Part shown: positions 9,116-18,500 of the stretch, one piece after another | Numbering within the stretch: the stretch's first letter is position 1 | How the letters are laid out: each line of letters opens with the position of its first letter | Source of the DNA: Rheinheimera riviphila | GTDB lineage: Bacteria; Pseudomonadota; Gammaproteobacteria; Enterobacterales; Alteromonadaceae | Reading direction: 5' to 3' | Length of the DNA: 24,000 nt | NCBI RefSeq assembly: GCF_004005945.1 | Contig: NZ_SACS01000003.1 | Location: 56,790 to 80,789, forward strand | Notes under the pieces: model-generated | The model's database searches: none | Told to the model about the DNA's origin: nothing | What the model saw: the letters and a program-made list of their open reading frames with translations, nothing else | Made by a program: the position numbers and the translations under genes

Positions 9116-10171
9116 TCAGCTGGCAGCATGAAACAACGACGGTGTATTTTGCTCTTTAATCGCATCGGCCATCGCCGCTTCGTAAGCTTCATCCGATACG
9201 TCATGACGCTGCTCTGGCACCAAACCAAGTTTGACGAACAGTTGCATATCGGCATCGGCTTCCGGGTTTTCGGTGGTCAGCAGTTTGTCGCCGTAGAAAA
9301 TCGAATTGGCACCGGCCATAAAACACAGCGCCTGCATTTGTTCATTCATCCGCGAGCGCCCTGCTGATAACCGGACATGGCTTTTTGGCAACATGATGCG
9401 GGCAACGGCGATGGTGCGGATAAACTCAAAGCCATCCAAATCTTCAACATTTTCCAGCGGTGTACCGGCCACTTTCACCAACATGTTAATCGGTACACTT
9501 TGCGGATGCTCCGGCAAATTGGCAATTTGCATCAACAGCGCAGAGCGGTCATTGGCACTTTCGCCCATGCCGACAATACCGCCACAACAGACTTTCATCC
9601 CGGCATCCCGCACATGTGACAGCGTGTCTAACCGGTCTTGATAAGTGCGGGTGGTGATAATTTCGCCATAAAATTCCGGCGAGGTGTCGAGGTTGTGGTT
9701 GTAATAATCAAGACCTGCGCCTGCTAGTTCCTGCGCCTGACCGGCATCAAGTTTGCCCAGTGTCATACAGGTTTCCAGACCCATCGCTTTGACGCCTTTG
9801 ACCATTTCCATGATGTACGGCATATCACGCTGCTTTGGGTTACTCCAGGCGGCGCCCATACAAAAACGGCTGGCGCCTTTGTCTTTAGCCGCTTTGGCTT
9901 GAGTCAGCACTTTCTCTACTTCCAGCAAGCGCTCGCGCTCGAGGCCAGTATTGTAGTGGCCGCTTTGTGGGCAATATTTGCAGTCTTCGGCGCAAGCACC
10001 GGTTTTGATCGACAACAAAGTACTGATTTGCACTTCGCGTGGATTAAAATTGGCGCGGTGAGTCAGCTGGGCCTGAAACATCAGTTCATGAAAAGGTAAC
10101 GCAAACAAGGCGTTGACCTGCGATAAAGTCCAGTTATGACGCACTTCTGCATTCGGCATGGTAAAAGACAT
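9116..10171 (-). CDS. bioB: Biotin synthase (radical SAM)
   Basis: [27 protein letters not shown] (CxxxCxxC) and YNHNLDTS are nearly identical to E. coli BioB. ATG 10171 has an AGGAAA RBS upstream. ATG 10159 is an alternative start. Confidence 0.95.
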   Translation of the reverse strand: MSFTMPNAEVRHNWTLSQVNALFALPFHELMFQAQLTHRANFNPREVQISTLLSIKTGACAEDCKYCPQSGHYNTGLERERLLEVEKVLTQAKAAKDKGASRFCMGAAWSNPKQRDMPYIMEMVKGVKAMGLETCMTLGKLDAGQAQELAGAGLDYYNHNLDTSPEFYGEIITTRTYQDRLDTLSHVRDAGMKVCCGGIVGMGESANDRSALLMQIANLPEHPQSVPINMLVKVAGTPLENVEDLDGFEFIRTIAVARIMLPKSHVRLSAGRSRMNEQMQALCFMAGANSIFYGDKLLTTENPEADADMQLFVKLGLVPEQRHDVSDEAYEAAMADAIKEQNTPSLFHAAS

Positions 10172-10300
10172 AGATCCCGGTTTCCTGTGGCGTTTTTGCA
10201 TTGTAGTTCGAATGATTTGTCGTTAGTCTAACGGCCTGCCCTTTGAAGTCAACGCCAACCAGTTTGCAATGTTTACCACTGGTTATTTATTGAGCAATTT
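10172..10300. promoter_or_regulatory. Divergent bioB / bioA promoter-operator region
   Basis: The gene arrangement is that of the E. coli bioA|bioBFCD control region. It contains a perfect 6-1-6 palindrome CGTTAG-T-CTAACG (10221-10233) and an inverted repeat AACCAGT-N14-ACTGGTT (10257-10284). No clean TTGTAAACC-type BirA operator was recognised. Confidence 0.5.
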
Positions 10301-11596
10301 ATGGCTATTGATCTGCAATTTGACCGTCAACATATCTGGCATCCCTACACATCGCTAAAAAACCCGTTGCCGGTGTATCCGGTCACTCACGCATCCGGCG
10401 TGACACTTTATCTGGAAGACGGCCGTTCGCTGATTGACGGCACGTCCAGCTGGTGGTCGGCGGTACATGGCTATAATCATCCGCAGCTAAACGCCGCCGT
10501 CACTGAGCAGCTCAGTAAAATGAGCCATGTGATGTTTGGTGGTATTACCCATCAACCGGCGGTCGATTTAGCTAAGACATTGTTATCGCTGGTGCCGGCG
10601 TCCCTTACCAAAGTGTTTTTCGCCGACAGTGGCTCGATAGCAGTAGAAGTGGCGCTGAAAATGGCGTTGCAGTTCTGGCTGGCGCAGGGCAACCCCCATA
10701 AAACTAAAATTTTAAGCCTCGCCAAGGCCTATCATGGCGATACTTTTGCTGCGATGGCGGTGTGCGATCCGGATGATGGCATGCACAGCCTGTTTCGCAG
10801 TCAGCTCACACCTCAGCTGTTTGCACCGGCGCCACAAAGCCGCTTTGATGGGCTGTGGCGGCCTGAAGATGAAACTTCACTGCGCTGGTTGTTTACTCAA
10901 CACCATCAGGAAATCGCCGCGATGATCGTCGAGCCCATTTTACAAGGCGCTGGCGGCATGCGGATGTATCACCCGCGTTATCTGCAACTGTGCCGCGAGT
11001 TATGTAATGAATTTAATGTGCTGCTGATTTGTGACGAGATTGCCACCGGCTTCGGTCGCACCGGCAGATTATTCGCCTCTGAACACGCAGCTATCGCGCC
11101 GGATATTATGTGTGTTGGTAAGGCGCTGAGTGGCGGTTACATCACGCTCGCCGCGACTTTATGCAGTGATCAAGTCGCAAACGGTATTGGTGGCACTTTA
11201 ATGCATGGACCAACTTATATGGCGAATCCGCTGGCCTGCAGCGTGGCCAATGCCAGTTTGCAAATCATCGCCAGTGGCCAATGGCAAACCCAGGTCAGCG
11301 CAATTGAGCAACAACTCAAAACCGAATTAATCGCTGCCAAAAACCTGCCGCAAGTGGCCGATGTACGGGTGCTGGGCGCAGTGGCCGTGCTGGAAATGAT
11401 GGATACAGTGGATGTGGCGTTATGTCAGCGGCTGTTTGTCGATCTCGGCGTCTGGATCCGCCCCTTTGGCCGGTTGTTGTATCTGATGCCGCCTTTTATC
11501 ATCAGCCCGCAGGAATTGCGGCAGCTGACCGGTGCCTTACTGCAGGTGGCACAGCAGCCAATTTTTACCAGCCAGCCGCCGTTGCCGGGAGCTTAA
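10301..11596 (+). CDS. bioA: Adenosylmethionine-8-amino-7-oxononanoate aminotransferase
   Basis: The N-terminus FDRQHIWHPYTS matches E. coli BioA FDQRHIWHPYTS. Class III aminotransferase body (DEIATGFGRTG, PLP Lys in CVGKALSGG). 431 aa. Confidence 0.95.
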   Translation: MAIDLQFDRQHIWHPYTSLKNPLPVYPVTHASGVTLYLEDGRSLIDGTSSWWSAVHGYNHPQLNAAVTEQLSKMSHVMFGGITHQPAVDLAKTLLSLVPASLTKVFFADSGSIAVEVALKMALQFWLAQGNPHKTKILSLAKAYHGDTFAAMAVCDPDDGMHSLFRSQLTPQLFAPAPQSRFDGLWRPEDETSLRWLFTQHHQEIAAMIVEPILQGAGGMRMYHPRYLQLCRELCNEFNVLLICDEIATGFGRTGRLFASEHAAIAPDIMCVGKALSGGYITLAATLCSDQVANGIGGTLMHGPTYMANPLACSVANASLQIIASGQWQTQVSAIEQQLKTELIAAKNLPQVADVRVLGAVAVLEMMDTVDVALCQRLFVDLGVWIRPFGRLLYLMPPFIISPQELRQLTGALLQVAQQPIFTSQPPLPGA

Positions 11597-11639
11597 ATAC
11601 AGTTGTCGACAGATGCTGAGTTAAAACCAGCGAACCGGC

Positions 11640-12014
11640 TCAAACCACCTGATATAAATAAGTTAACAAGGCTGCAGACATCGCGAGCAACACCAACACG
11701 TTATAGCGCATCCGATCATCGGTACGGCGTAACCGGGCGCGATTAAGCAATAAGCTAAGCAAACTGATCCCACAACACCACCATAGTAAATACAGCAGCT
11801 GTGGCGTCAGCTCCGGATGCCAGTATTCACGAACAGAGATGCCCCAGTAACGGACTAAACCAGATTTAAACTCCGGTTTTGCCATATGGGCAAAACCAAG
11901 CGCAGCAACAAAAGCGACCCAACCCACAATCGATAAAATACTCAAACTATGTAATAACCAGTCTGGGCCCTTACGGCGATTTTTCGGTGGCAGTGCTGGT
12001 TTTTGCTCAGTCAA
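11640..12014 (-). CDS. Small integral membrane protein, unknown function
   Basis: 124-aa ORF with about three hydrophobic helices. The only upstream start is TTG at 12014, which has a good RBS (AGGAAG, 6-nt spacer). I recognise no family. Confidence 0.55.
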   Translation of the reverse strand: MTEQKPALPPKNRRKGPDWLLHSLSILSIVGWVAFVAALGFAHMAKPEFKSGLVRYWGISVREYWHPELTPQLLYLLWWCCGISLLSLLLNRARLRRTDDRMRYNVLVLLAMSAALLTYLYQVV

Positions 12015-12132
12015 ATCGGGCTTCCTGTCAATTTTTGCTTGTGTTGAAACGCGGCCTGCGTATGATTACACCTCTTTAGCGAAATTCACATCGAAATTCA
12101 AACCATTCAAGCAGCAAGTTGGAGCCTATTGC

Positions 12133-13533
12133 ATGACACATGCAGTGATTAAAGATGTTTTGGCCGGCAAATATGCAGTCGGCGACCTAGTTACCATTAA
12201 AGGCTGGATCCGCACCCGTCGCGATTCCAAAGCTGGTATTTCTTTCCTCGCCGTACACGACGGCAGCTGTTTTGATGCACTGCAAGCCGTCGCTCCGGCT
12301 GAACTGAATAATTACGAAACTGAAATCAAACGCCTGACTACGGCTTGCTCGGTGATTGTCAGCGGCACCATCGCTAAATCTGAAGGCCAGGGCCAATCCT
12401 TTGAAATTCAAGCTAATTTGGTTGAAGTTTTAGGTTGGGTCGAAAACCCTGATACCTACCCAATGGCACCAAAACGTCATTCGATGGAATATCTGCGCGA
12501 ACAGGCACATTTACGCTCACGGACCAACATGGTAGGCGCGATCACCCGCGTGCGCCACTGTCTGGCCCAGGCCATTCACCGCTTCTTCCATGAGCGTGGT
12601 TTTTACTGGATCAGCACGCCAATCATTACGGGTGCCGATGCTGAAGGCGCAGGTGAAATGTTCCGCGTCAGTACTTTAGACATGGAAAACCTGCCACGCG
12701 ATGACAAAGGCAAAGTGGATTACAAACAAGACTTCTTCGGTAAAGAAACCTTTTTAACGGTGTCTGGTCAGCTCAACGTTGAAACCTACGCTTGTGCATT
12801 ATCGAACGTATACACCTTCGGCCCGACTTTTAGAGCTGAAAACTCTAACACCACCCGTCACTTAGCCGAATTCTGGATGATTGAACCAGAAGTGGCATTT
12901 GCCGAACTCAAAGACGTGGCGCAACTGGCCGAAGACATGCTGAAGTATGTGTTTAACGCCGTATTGACCGAGCGCAGCGACGACATGGCATTTTTCGCCG
13001 AGCGCGTCGACGACAAAGCCATTAGCCGTCTGCAAGACATCGTCAATTCAAGCTTTGTGCGGATGGATTACACCGATGCGGTGGAAATTCTGAAAACCTG
13101 CGGCAAGAAGTTTGATTACCCGGTGGAATGGGGTGTGGATTTACAATCAGAGCACGAACGTTATTTAGCCGAAGTGCATGTTGGCGCGCCGGTTATTCTG
13201 CAAAACTATCCAAAAGACATCAAAGCCTTTTATATGCGGATGAACGAAGATGGTAAAACCGTCGCCGCCATGGATATTCTGGCACCAGGCATCGGTGAAA
13301 TCATCGGTGGTTCACAGCGTGAGGAGCGTTTAGAGCAGCTCGACGCGCGGATGGATGCAATGGGTCTGAATAAAGAAGATTACAGCTGGTATCGTGACCT
13401 GCGCCGTTACGGCACAGTACCACATGCTGGTTTTGGTCTGGGCTTTGAGCGTCTGGTGTCTTATGTGACGGGTGTGGGTAACGTACGGGATGTGATTGCC
13501 TTCCCACGGACTCCGGGCAATGCAGATTTCTAA
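12133..13533 (+). CDS. asnS: Asparagine--tRNA ligase
   Basis: 466 aa, colinear and highly similar to E. coli AsnS ([58 protein letters not shown]). A GGAG RBS is present. Confidence 0.97.
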   Translation: MTHAVIKDVLAGKYAVGDLVTIKGWIRTRRDSKAGISFLAVHDGSCFDALQAVAPAELNNYETEIKRLTTACSVIVSGTIAKSEGQGQSFEIQANLVEVLGWVENPDTYPMAPKRHSMEYLREQAHLRSRTNMVGAITRVRHCLAQAIHRFFHERGFYWISTPIITGADAEGAGEMFRVSTLDMENLPRDDKGKVDYKQDFFGKETFLTVSGQLNVETYACALSNVYTFGPTFRAENSNTTRHLAEFWMIEPEVAFAELKDVAQLAEDMLKYVFNAVLTERSDDMAFFAERVDDKAISRLQDIVNSSFVRMDYTDAVEILKTCGKKFDYPVEWGVDLQSEHERYLAEVHVGAPVILQNYPKDIKAFYMRMNEDGKTVAAMDILAPGIGEIIGGSQREERLEQLDARMDAMGLNKEDYSWYRDLRRYGTVPHAGFGLGFERLVSYVTGVGNVRDVIAFPRTPGNADF

Positions 13534-13547
13534 GTAAAAAAACCTCG

Positions 13548-13571
13548 CGACAACAACCTGCTGTCGTTTTT
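13548..13571 (+). terminator. Rho-independent terminator (first of two) after asnS
   Basis: Stem CGACAACA / TGCTGTCG (one mismatch), loop ACC, followed by TTTTT. An A7 run lies upstream, so it may also act on minus-strand transcripts coming from the PPTase gene. Confidence 0.55.
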
Positions 13572-13576
13572 AAGTG

Positions 13577-13610
13577 AATGCCTGTCTGAAAAAAGATGGG
13601 CATTTTTTTT
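13577..13610 (+). terminator. Rho-independent terminator (second) after asnS
   Basis: 11-bp stem AATGCCTGTCT / AGATGGGCATT (two G-U pairs), 6-nt loop, followed by a T6 run. Confidence 0.65.
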
Positions 13611-13646
13611 AGCGATTTCCGGGTTCGGATCACAAGCCGGATCATC

Positions 13647-14420
13647 TTACCTGCTTCTGACTTCGGCAAGTACCTGCACCAATAGCGCTTCGGCCTGATA
13701 ATCCAGCCAGATTTCCGTGCCTGCACACCATGTTGCTGACCAGTCCACGGTCAGCTGCAGCAAAATCTGCTGACCGGTGACCGCACGTACTTCAGCAGCA
13801 TGAAACGCCATAATTTGCCGGCAATCGGGGTATAAAGCTTTATATAAAGCTTCTTTGGCGGCAAAAATTAACGTCAACAGCTGCGACTCTGACCACAGTG
13901 TCGGACCTTGTTGCTGCAGAACAAATCGCGAACACCAATGCAACTCCACAGAACTCAAAATAGCTGGCCCCAGCTCATTAAATTGCGCCTGCGTCAGCCA
14001 TTTCTCCAAATCAACCCCCAGTCGATACGCTGGCTTTGCAGCAAGTCCTGCAACCAACTCATTGCCACAGTGTGATAATGAACCTTGCTGATCTGCAGGC
14101 CACTGTGGACTGCGATCGGCCGCTGGCAATATCTGCAAAGTGCACAAACCCAGTTGCAGTTGCAGCTGTCGAAGCAATAAACGACCGGCCAGGTATTCCG
14201 CCTGACGTTGTGGCACCGCCCGACAAACTTGTGCTGGTAGCACAATGTGGTGCCGCGAGGCTAACCTGACCAGCTCAGGCTGCGGTACAAACTGAGCCCG
14301 GCTTACCAGCCAGCCTTGCCAGGTCCAGCTGCGGACGTGCTGCAAAAAACCATCCACCGGTAACTCATTGGGTAAAAAATCATCAGCGACTACTTCGCCT
14401 GTGAATAATGTTGTTGTCAT
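13647..14420 (-). CDS. 4'-phosphopantetheinyl transferase, Sfp/EntD type
   Basis: It has the diagnostic motifs PQWPADQQGSLSHCG (P-x-W-P-x-G-x-x-G-S-x-S-H), LGVDLEK (G-x-D) and FAAKEALYKAL (F/W-x-x-K-E-A-x-x-K). 257 aa. AAGGA RBS. Confidence 0.88.
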   Translation of the reverse strand: MTTTLFTGEVVADDFLPNELPVDGFLQHVRSWTWQGWLVSRAQFVPQPELVRLASRHHIVLPAQVCRAVPQRQAEYLAGRLLLRQLQLQLGLCTLQILPAADRSPQWPADQQGSLSHCGNELVAGLAAKPAYRLGVDLEKWLTQAQFNELGPAILSSVELHWCSRFVLQQQGPTLWSESQLLTLIFAAKEALYKALYPDCRQIMAFHAAEVRAVTGQQILLQLTVDWSATWCAGTEIWLDYQAEALLVQVLAEVRSR

Positions 14421-14580
14421 CTACTGAGTCCTTTGAATATCTTCAGCGGTAAACGTCGCCATCCATCCGGTATGCCAACGGTTTATCGGCTGACAATGCT
14501 GTCAGTCACATGCCAAAGCGCCCCCCGAAGTAGCCGATTACAGTAACACTCCCTGACCACACTTCTGACAAGGAGCTTTT

Positions 14581-15372
14581 ATGTCTGCGATGTTATACCA
14601 ACCCCGTTTACTGATCCCCAGCCTTGGGATCATCTTCAGCCTGCACAGCCCTGTACTAACCGCAGAACCATGGCAATTCGAAGCCGGTGCCGGTGTTATC
14701 AGTCAGCAACAGGTCTGGAAAAAAATGCCAACTGTCACCTCCGCAGTACCGTATTTTTCAGCGAGCAAAGGCCCATGGCGCATTGGCATTGATGGCGGCA
14801 ATCTCATAAGTTACAGTTTTTATCAGGACGAAGCTTTCCGCCTCTACGCCGGCGTTGGCATCCGCGATAACGGTTATGATGCCGATACCAGCCTGAGCTC
14901 TGATTTATCTGACGATCCGGTGTTTAGCGGCTATCAGGCTCCCAATACTGAGATCACCAGCGCCGTTGGATTCAGTTGGCATTGGATTTCACTACAACTA
15001 GCACAGCAACTGAACGACGTTCGGACAGCACAAGTTGTTGATTTGGCAATTGAACTACCATTGTACCAACACAACTCCGGCTTACGTTTGATGGCGAACA
15101 TCGCGGCCAGTTGGATGAACGAAGATTATACCCAACGTATTTATGGCGTTGCACCCGGCAATCAGAATCTAAGCGTGAACCGGCCGGTATTTCAAACCGA
15201 AGCTGAAGTGAACTACAGCTTGAATCTCCGTGTTCAATATCCGCTCAGTACACAAACGATGCTGCTTGGCAGTACCGGCGTTACACAGCTGGCCGACAAT
15301 TTACAAAAAAGTCCGCTTGTCGGCGAAGAGCAAAGCCTCGATGCAATGTTACTGGTGGTATACCGCTTTTAA
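14581..15372 (+). CDS. MipA/OmpV-family outer-membrane beta-barrel protein
   Basis: Signal peptide, an alternating beta-strand pattern, a C-terminal ...SPLVGEEQSLDAMLLVVYRF with terminal aromatic residue, and a size (263 aa) typical of MipA/OmpV proteins. A strong AAGGAG RBS is present. Confidence 0.7.
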   Translation: MSAMLYQPRLLIPSLGIIFSLHSPVLTAEPWQFEAGAGVISQQQVWKKMPTVTSAVPYFSASKGPWRIGIDGGNLISYSFYQDEAFRLYAGVGIRDNGYDADTSLSSDLSDDPVFSGYQAPNTEITSAVGFSWHWISLQLAQQLNDVRTAQVVDLAIELPLYQHNSGLRLMANIAASWMNEDYTQRIYGVAPGNQNLSVNRPVFQTEAEVNYSLNLRVQYPLSTQTMLLGSTGVTQLADNLQKSPLVGEEQSLDAMLLVVYRF

Positions 15373-15380
15373 CCGTTGTT

Positions 15381-15435
15381 GCTGACTTCAGTGCAAAAAT
15401 CCCGCCTTGTTGCGGGCTTCTGCATTGAAGTCAGC
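15381..15435. terminator. Large nested hairpin between convergent mipA-like and NRPS genes (likely bidirectional terminator)
   Basis: Outer 15-bp stem GCTGACTTCAGTGCA / TGCATTGAAGTCAGC (one G-U pair). It encloses an inner GC stem CCCGC-cttgtt-GCGGG. On the minus strand the inner stem is followed by ATTTTTG. Confidence 0.5.
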
Positions 15436-15474
15436 TGTTCGTCTTGCCACCAGACTCATTGCACCTGACACGAT

Positions 15475-15504
15475 GATGCAACCGATCCGCAGATCGGTTG
15501 CATC
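15475..15504 (-). other. Perfect 13-bp stem / 4-nt loop hairpin just after the NRPS stop codon
   Basis: GATGCAACCGATC-cgca-GATCGGTTGCATC, 8 nt downstream of the NRPS stop at 15512. No U-tract follows on either strand, so it may be an mRNA 3' stabiliser or processing element rather than a terminator. Confidence 0.45.
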
Positions 15505-15511
15505 CCTATCG

Positions 15512-18500
15512 TCACACTGACGACAACAACTGAATCAACTTCTGCGCCAGCGCCGGAGCAGACAACATGGTTAAGTGATCGCCGGCGACTTGCTGTAACT
15601 GCAAATTGCCTTTTAGATATTGCTTCAGTTGTCGGCGTAGATGGGTACGCGGATGTGCGGTAGCGAAATCATCACCATAAATAAGTACCGCCGGGCCGTG
15701 AAATTTCGGACCAGGCTTAAACTGCCGGTACAATTCAGCCTGAGCGCTGGCAACTGCTAGCAGCGCATCAAGCTCAGTCTGCCAGTCGTCCGTCGGCAAT
15801 AAACCCGCCTGCTGCATCAGTTGCACCAAAGCGCCACGGTACTGCGCTGGGTCACTGAATTCCAGAGCTGGTTGTGCCATTGCCCGGCACAGCAGCTGGT
15901 ACATTTCACTGCAAGCATCCAGCACATCACCGGTATCTGCCATTGGTCGTAAATCGACATCCAACAGACACAAGGTGACCTGTTCGCCCTGTGCTTCGAG
16001 CATACAGGCGAGCTGATAAGCGATGCGTCCGCCGAGCGAATGACCGGCGATGTGATAAGGTCCCTGCGGCTGTGCCCGGCGCAATGCCTGCAGATAGTCG
16101 CTGGTCAGGGTTGCCCAATCCTGATGCGGGTTTTGCAGGCCAAGCCGGCCCTGCGGTTCTGCAACCTGCACCTGTGCATTGCCACGCAACTGACGCGCCA
16201 GCGGCAGCATGGCAGCACTGATCGCGCCAGCGCCCGGGATCACCCACCATTCGGGTAATCCGGCCTGAGGTTCCAGTACGACCCAGCGTACGCTATCATC
16301 CTGCGACCGCGTGTGGTCTTCATGCTGTAGCAGAGCGGCACTGAGATGGTCGGCCAGACGACGAATGTCAGGGTTGTGAAACAAATCAGCCAGACTGAGC
16401 ACTGGCCACTGTCTCGTCCGCCCTTGGCTGTTTAACAGCTGCATCAAGCGAATACTGAGTAACGAATGACCGCCCAGTTCAAAGAAGCTGACTGTCACGT
16501 CCGGCACCTGCTGTTCCAACACCTGTTGAAAAATCTGCTGCAACACCAGTTCCAGCTCAGTTGCTGGCGGCTGGCTAATCTGCCTTGTCGGTTGTGGCGA
16601 CGGCAGTGCCTTGCGGTCAATTTTGCCATTACTGTTGAGCGGAAAATTGTCCAGCTCCAGCCAATACGCCGGTTGCATATATGCCGGTAACTGCTGCTGC
16701 AGATATGTGCGCAAACTGTGTTCGTCGTCGGTAACACCGGCACAACGCTGCCAATACAGTACCAACTGTGGTTGCTCACGGACGGTCAGGACAAGAGCTA
16801 CAGCTTGCTCAACTGCCGGATGCTGGCGCAACTGGCTTTCAATATCGCCAAGCTCAATCCGAAAGCCATTGATTTTAACCTGATGATCAAGCCTTCCCAA
16901 AAACGCCAACTGACCGCCAGGTAACTGTCGCACCAGATCGCCTGTGCGATACATGGTCTGTGTTGACGTTGAAAACGGATCGGGTAAAAAATGCCGTGCC
17001 GTTAAATCTGGTCTGTTGCGATAACCCGCAGCCACGCAGGGTCCACTCAGATAGAGTTCACCGGCGACACCGGGTGGTTGCAGTAAACCCGCAGGACTCA
17101 ACACATAACTGCGCACCCCGGGCAACAGATCACAAACCGGCGCCACACCTTGCCCGGCAAAGTCGTCTTCACTGCGGATTGGCGCGGCCGACACCCAAAT
17201 AGTCGCTTCGGTCGGTCCATAAACATTCCACAGGGTGCCGCCACCGGATAGCAGCTGCAACGCCAATGGCTTACTCAGAGCTTCGCCACCACACAACATG
17301 GTCAGCCCAGGCCTGCTCTGCCAGCCAGAAAGTATCAATCCTTGCCAGGTGGCAGGTGTTGCCTGCAGTAACCGGATCTCAAACCGATCCAGCCATTGCT
17401 GTAACAACAACGGATCACGTGCCTCCTCGCTTTGCATCAGTACAGTGCGCCCGCCCCACAGCAGCGGCAGCCACAACTCCAATACCGAAATATCAAAGGT
17501 AACCGTGGTGATGGCGAGCATTGCCTGCTGCGGCTGAAAACCAATCCTGGCGGCGATCTGATTCAGGCATTCCAGCACCGAGCTCAGATACACCTGCACG
17601 CCTTTGGGCTGACCGGTTGAGCCTGAAGTATAAATCAGGTAAGCCAGTGGATCGGCCGGCAACAGCAGCTCTGGCGCAGTTGATGGTTGCTGTTGCAGCG
17701 TTCGCAGCAGTTCCGGGGCATCCAGCACCCAAAGTGCCGTAGCGAGTGCTGGATCTGTTGATAACGTCTTTAAGTTCAACTGTTGTGCGAGCGCCTGATA
17801 ACAGCGACTCGCCAGCGTCAGCTGCACGTCGGCATCCAACAATACCGCCTGCTGCCTCGCCGCTGGCTGTGTGGGGTCTAGCGGCACATAAGCGCAGCCC
17901 AACTTCCAGAGCGCCAGAATTGCCATTGGCAACTGATGATCACGGCGCAATAGCAACGCAACACGCTGCGTCGGCCTGATCCCTATCGCATACAAAGCGT
18001 GTGCCAGTTGATTGGCGCCGGCTTCAAGCTGCTGGTAACTGAGCGCATGCAGTGGATCGGCCACCGCGATCTGATCCGCGTGCTGCACCTGTTGCTGATG
18101 CCACTGCGTCAATAAATCGGTGTGGCGGGAAAAGCTCAGCCGATCTTCAGTTAACACCGGTTGTTTTGCCAATAGCAGTTGCTGCTGTTGCGGACTGAGC
18201 ACTGGTAAACGACCCAGCGACCGTAGCGCTTCAATACGTACCTGCTGCAACGTCAACAGCAATGCATCAAGCAATGCGTTGGCGGTACGTTCACTAAACA
18301 AAGCGCAGGCATAATCAAGCCGTAGTCGCAGCTGCTGTTCCTGCACCTGCAAATTCAGACTGAGATCAAAACGTGCGAGTACTGCGTCTGGTTGTATTAA
18401 AGTGATTCCATGTGCCTGCAGTGCAGTGTCATCCGACACGTCCATGGCCATAAAGATTTGGAAAAGCGGATGGATCGCGGCTTCGCGCGGCGGATTCAGT

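Noticed and set aside
12079-12102. Short direct repeat CGAAATTCA(c/a)A x2 upstream of asnS.
   Set aside because: Two copies of a 9-10 bp AT-rich motif in a promoter region are easily due to chance, and there is no associated symmetry or known site.
13301-13726. 141-aa minus-strand ORF spanning the asnS 3' end, both terminators and the PPTase 3' end.
   Set aside because: It overlaps a near-certain asnS frame and crosses two terminator hairpins. The translation has no recognisable features.
14490-14505. Possible Fur box that would tie the NRPS to iron regulation.
   Set aside because: It matches a remembered Fur core at only about 10 of 14 positions, and it lies upstream of the PPTase and mipA-like genes rather than the NRPS promoter, which is outside the window. 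I keep it only as a generic palindrome (see findings).
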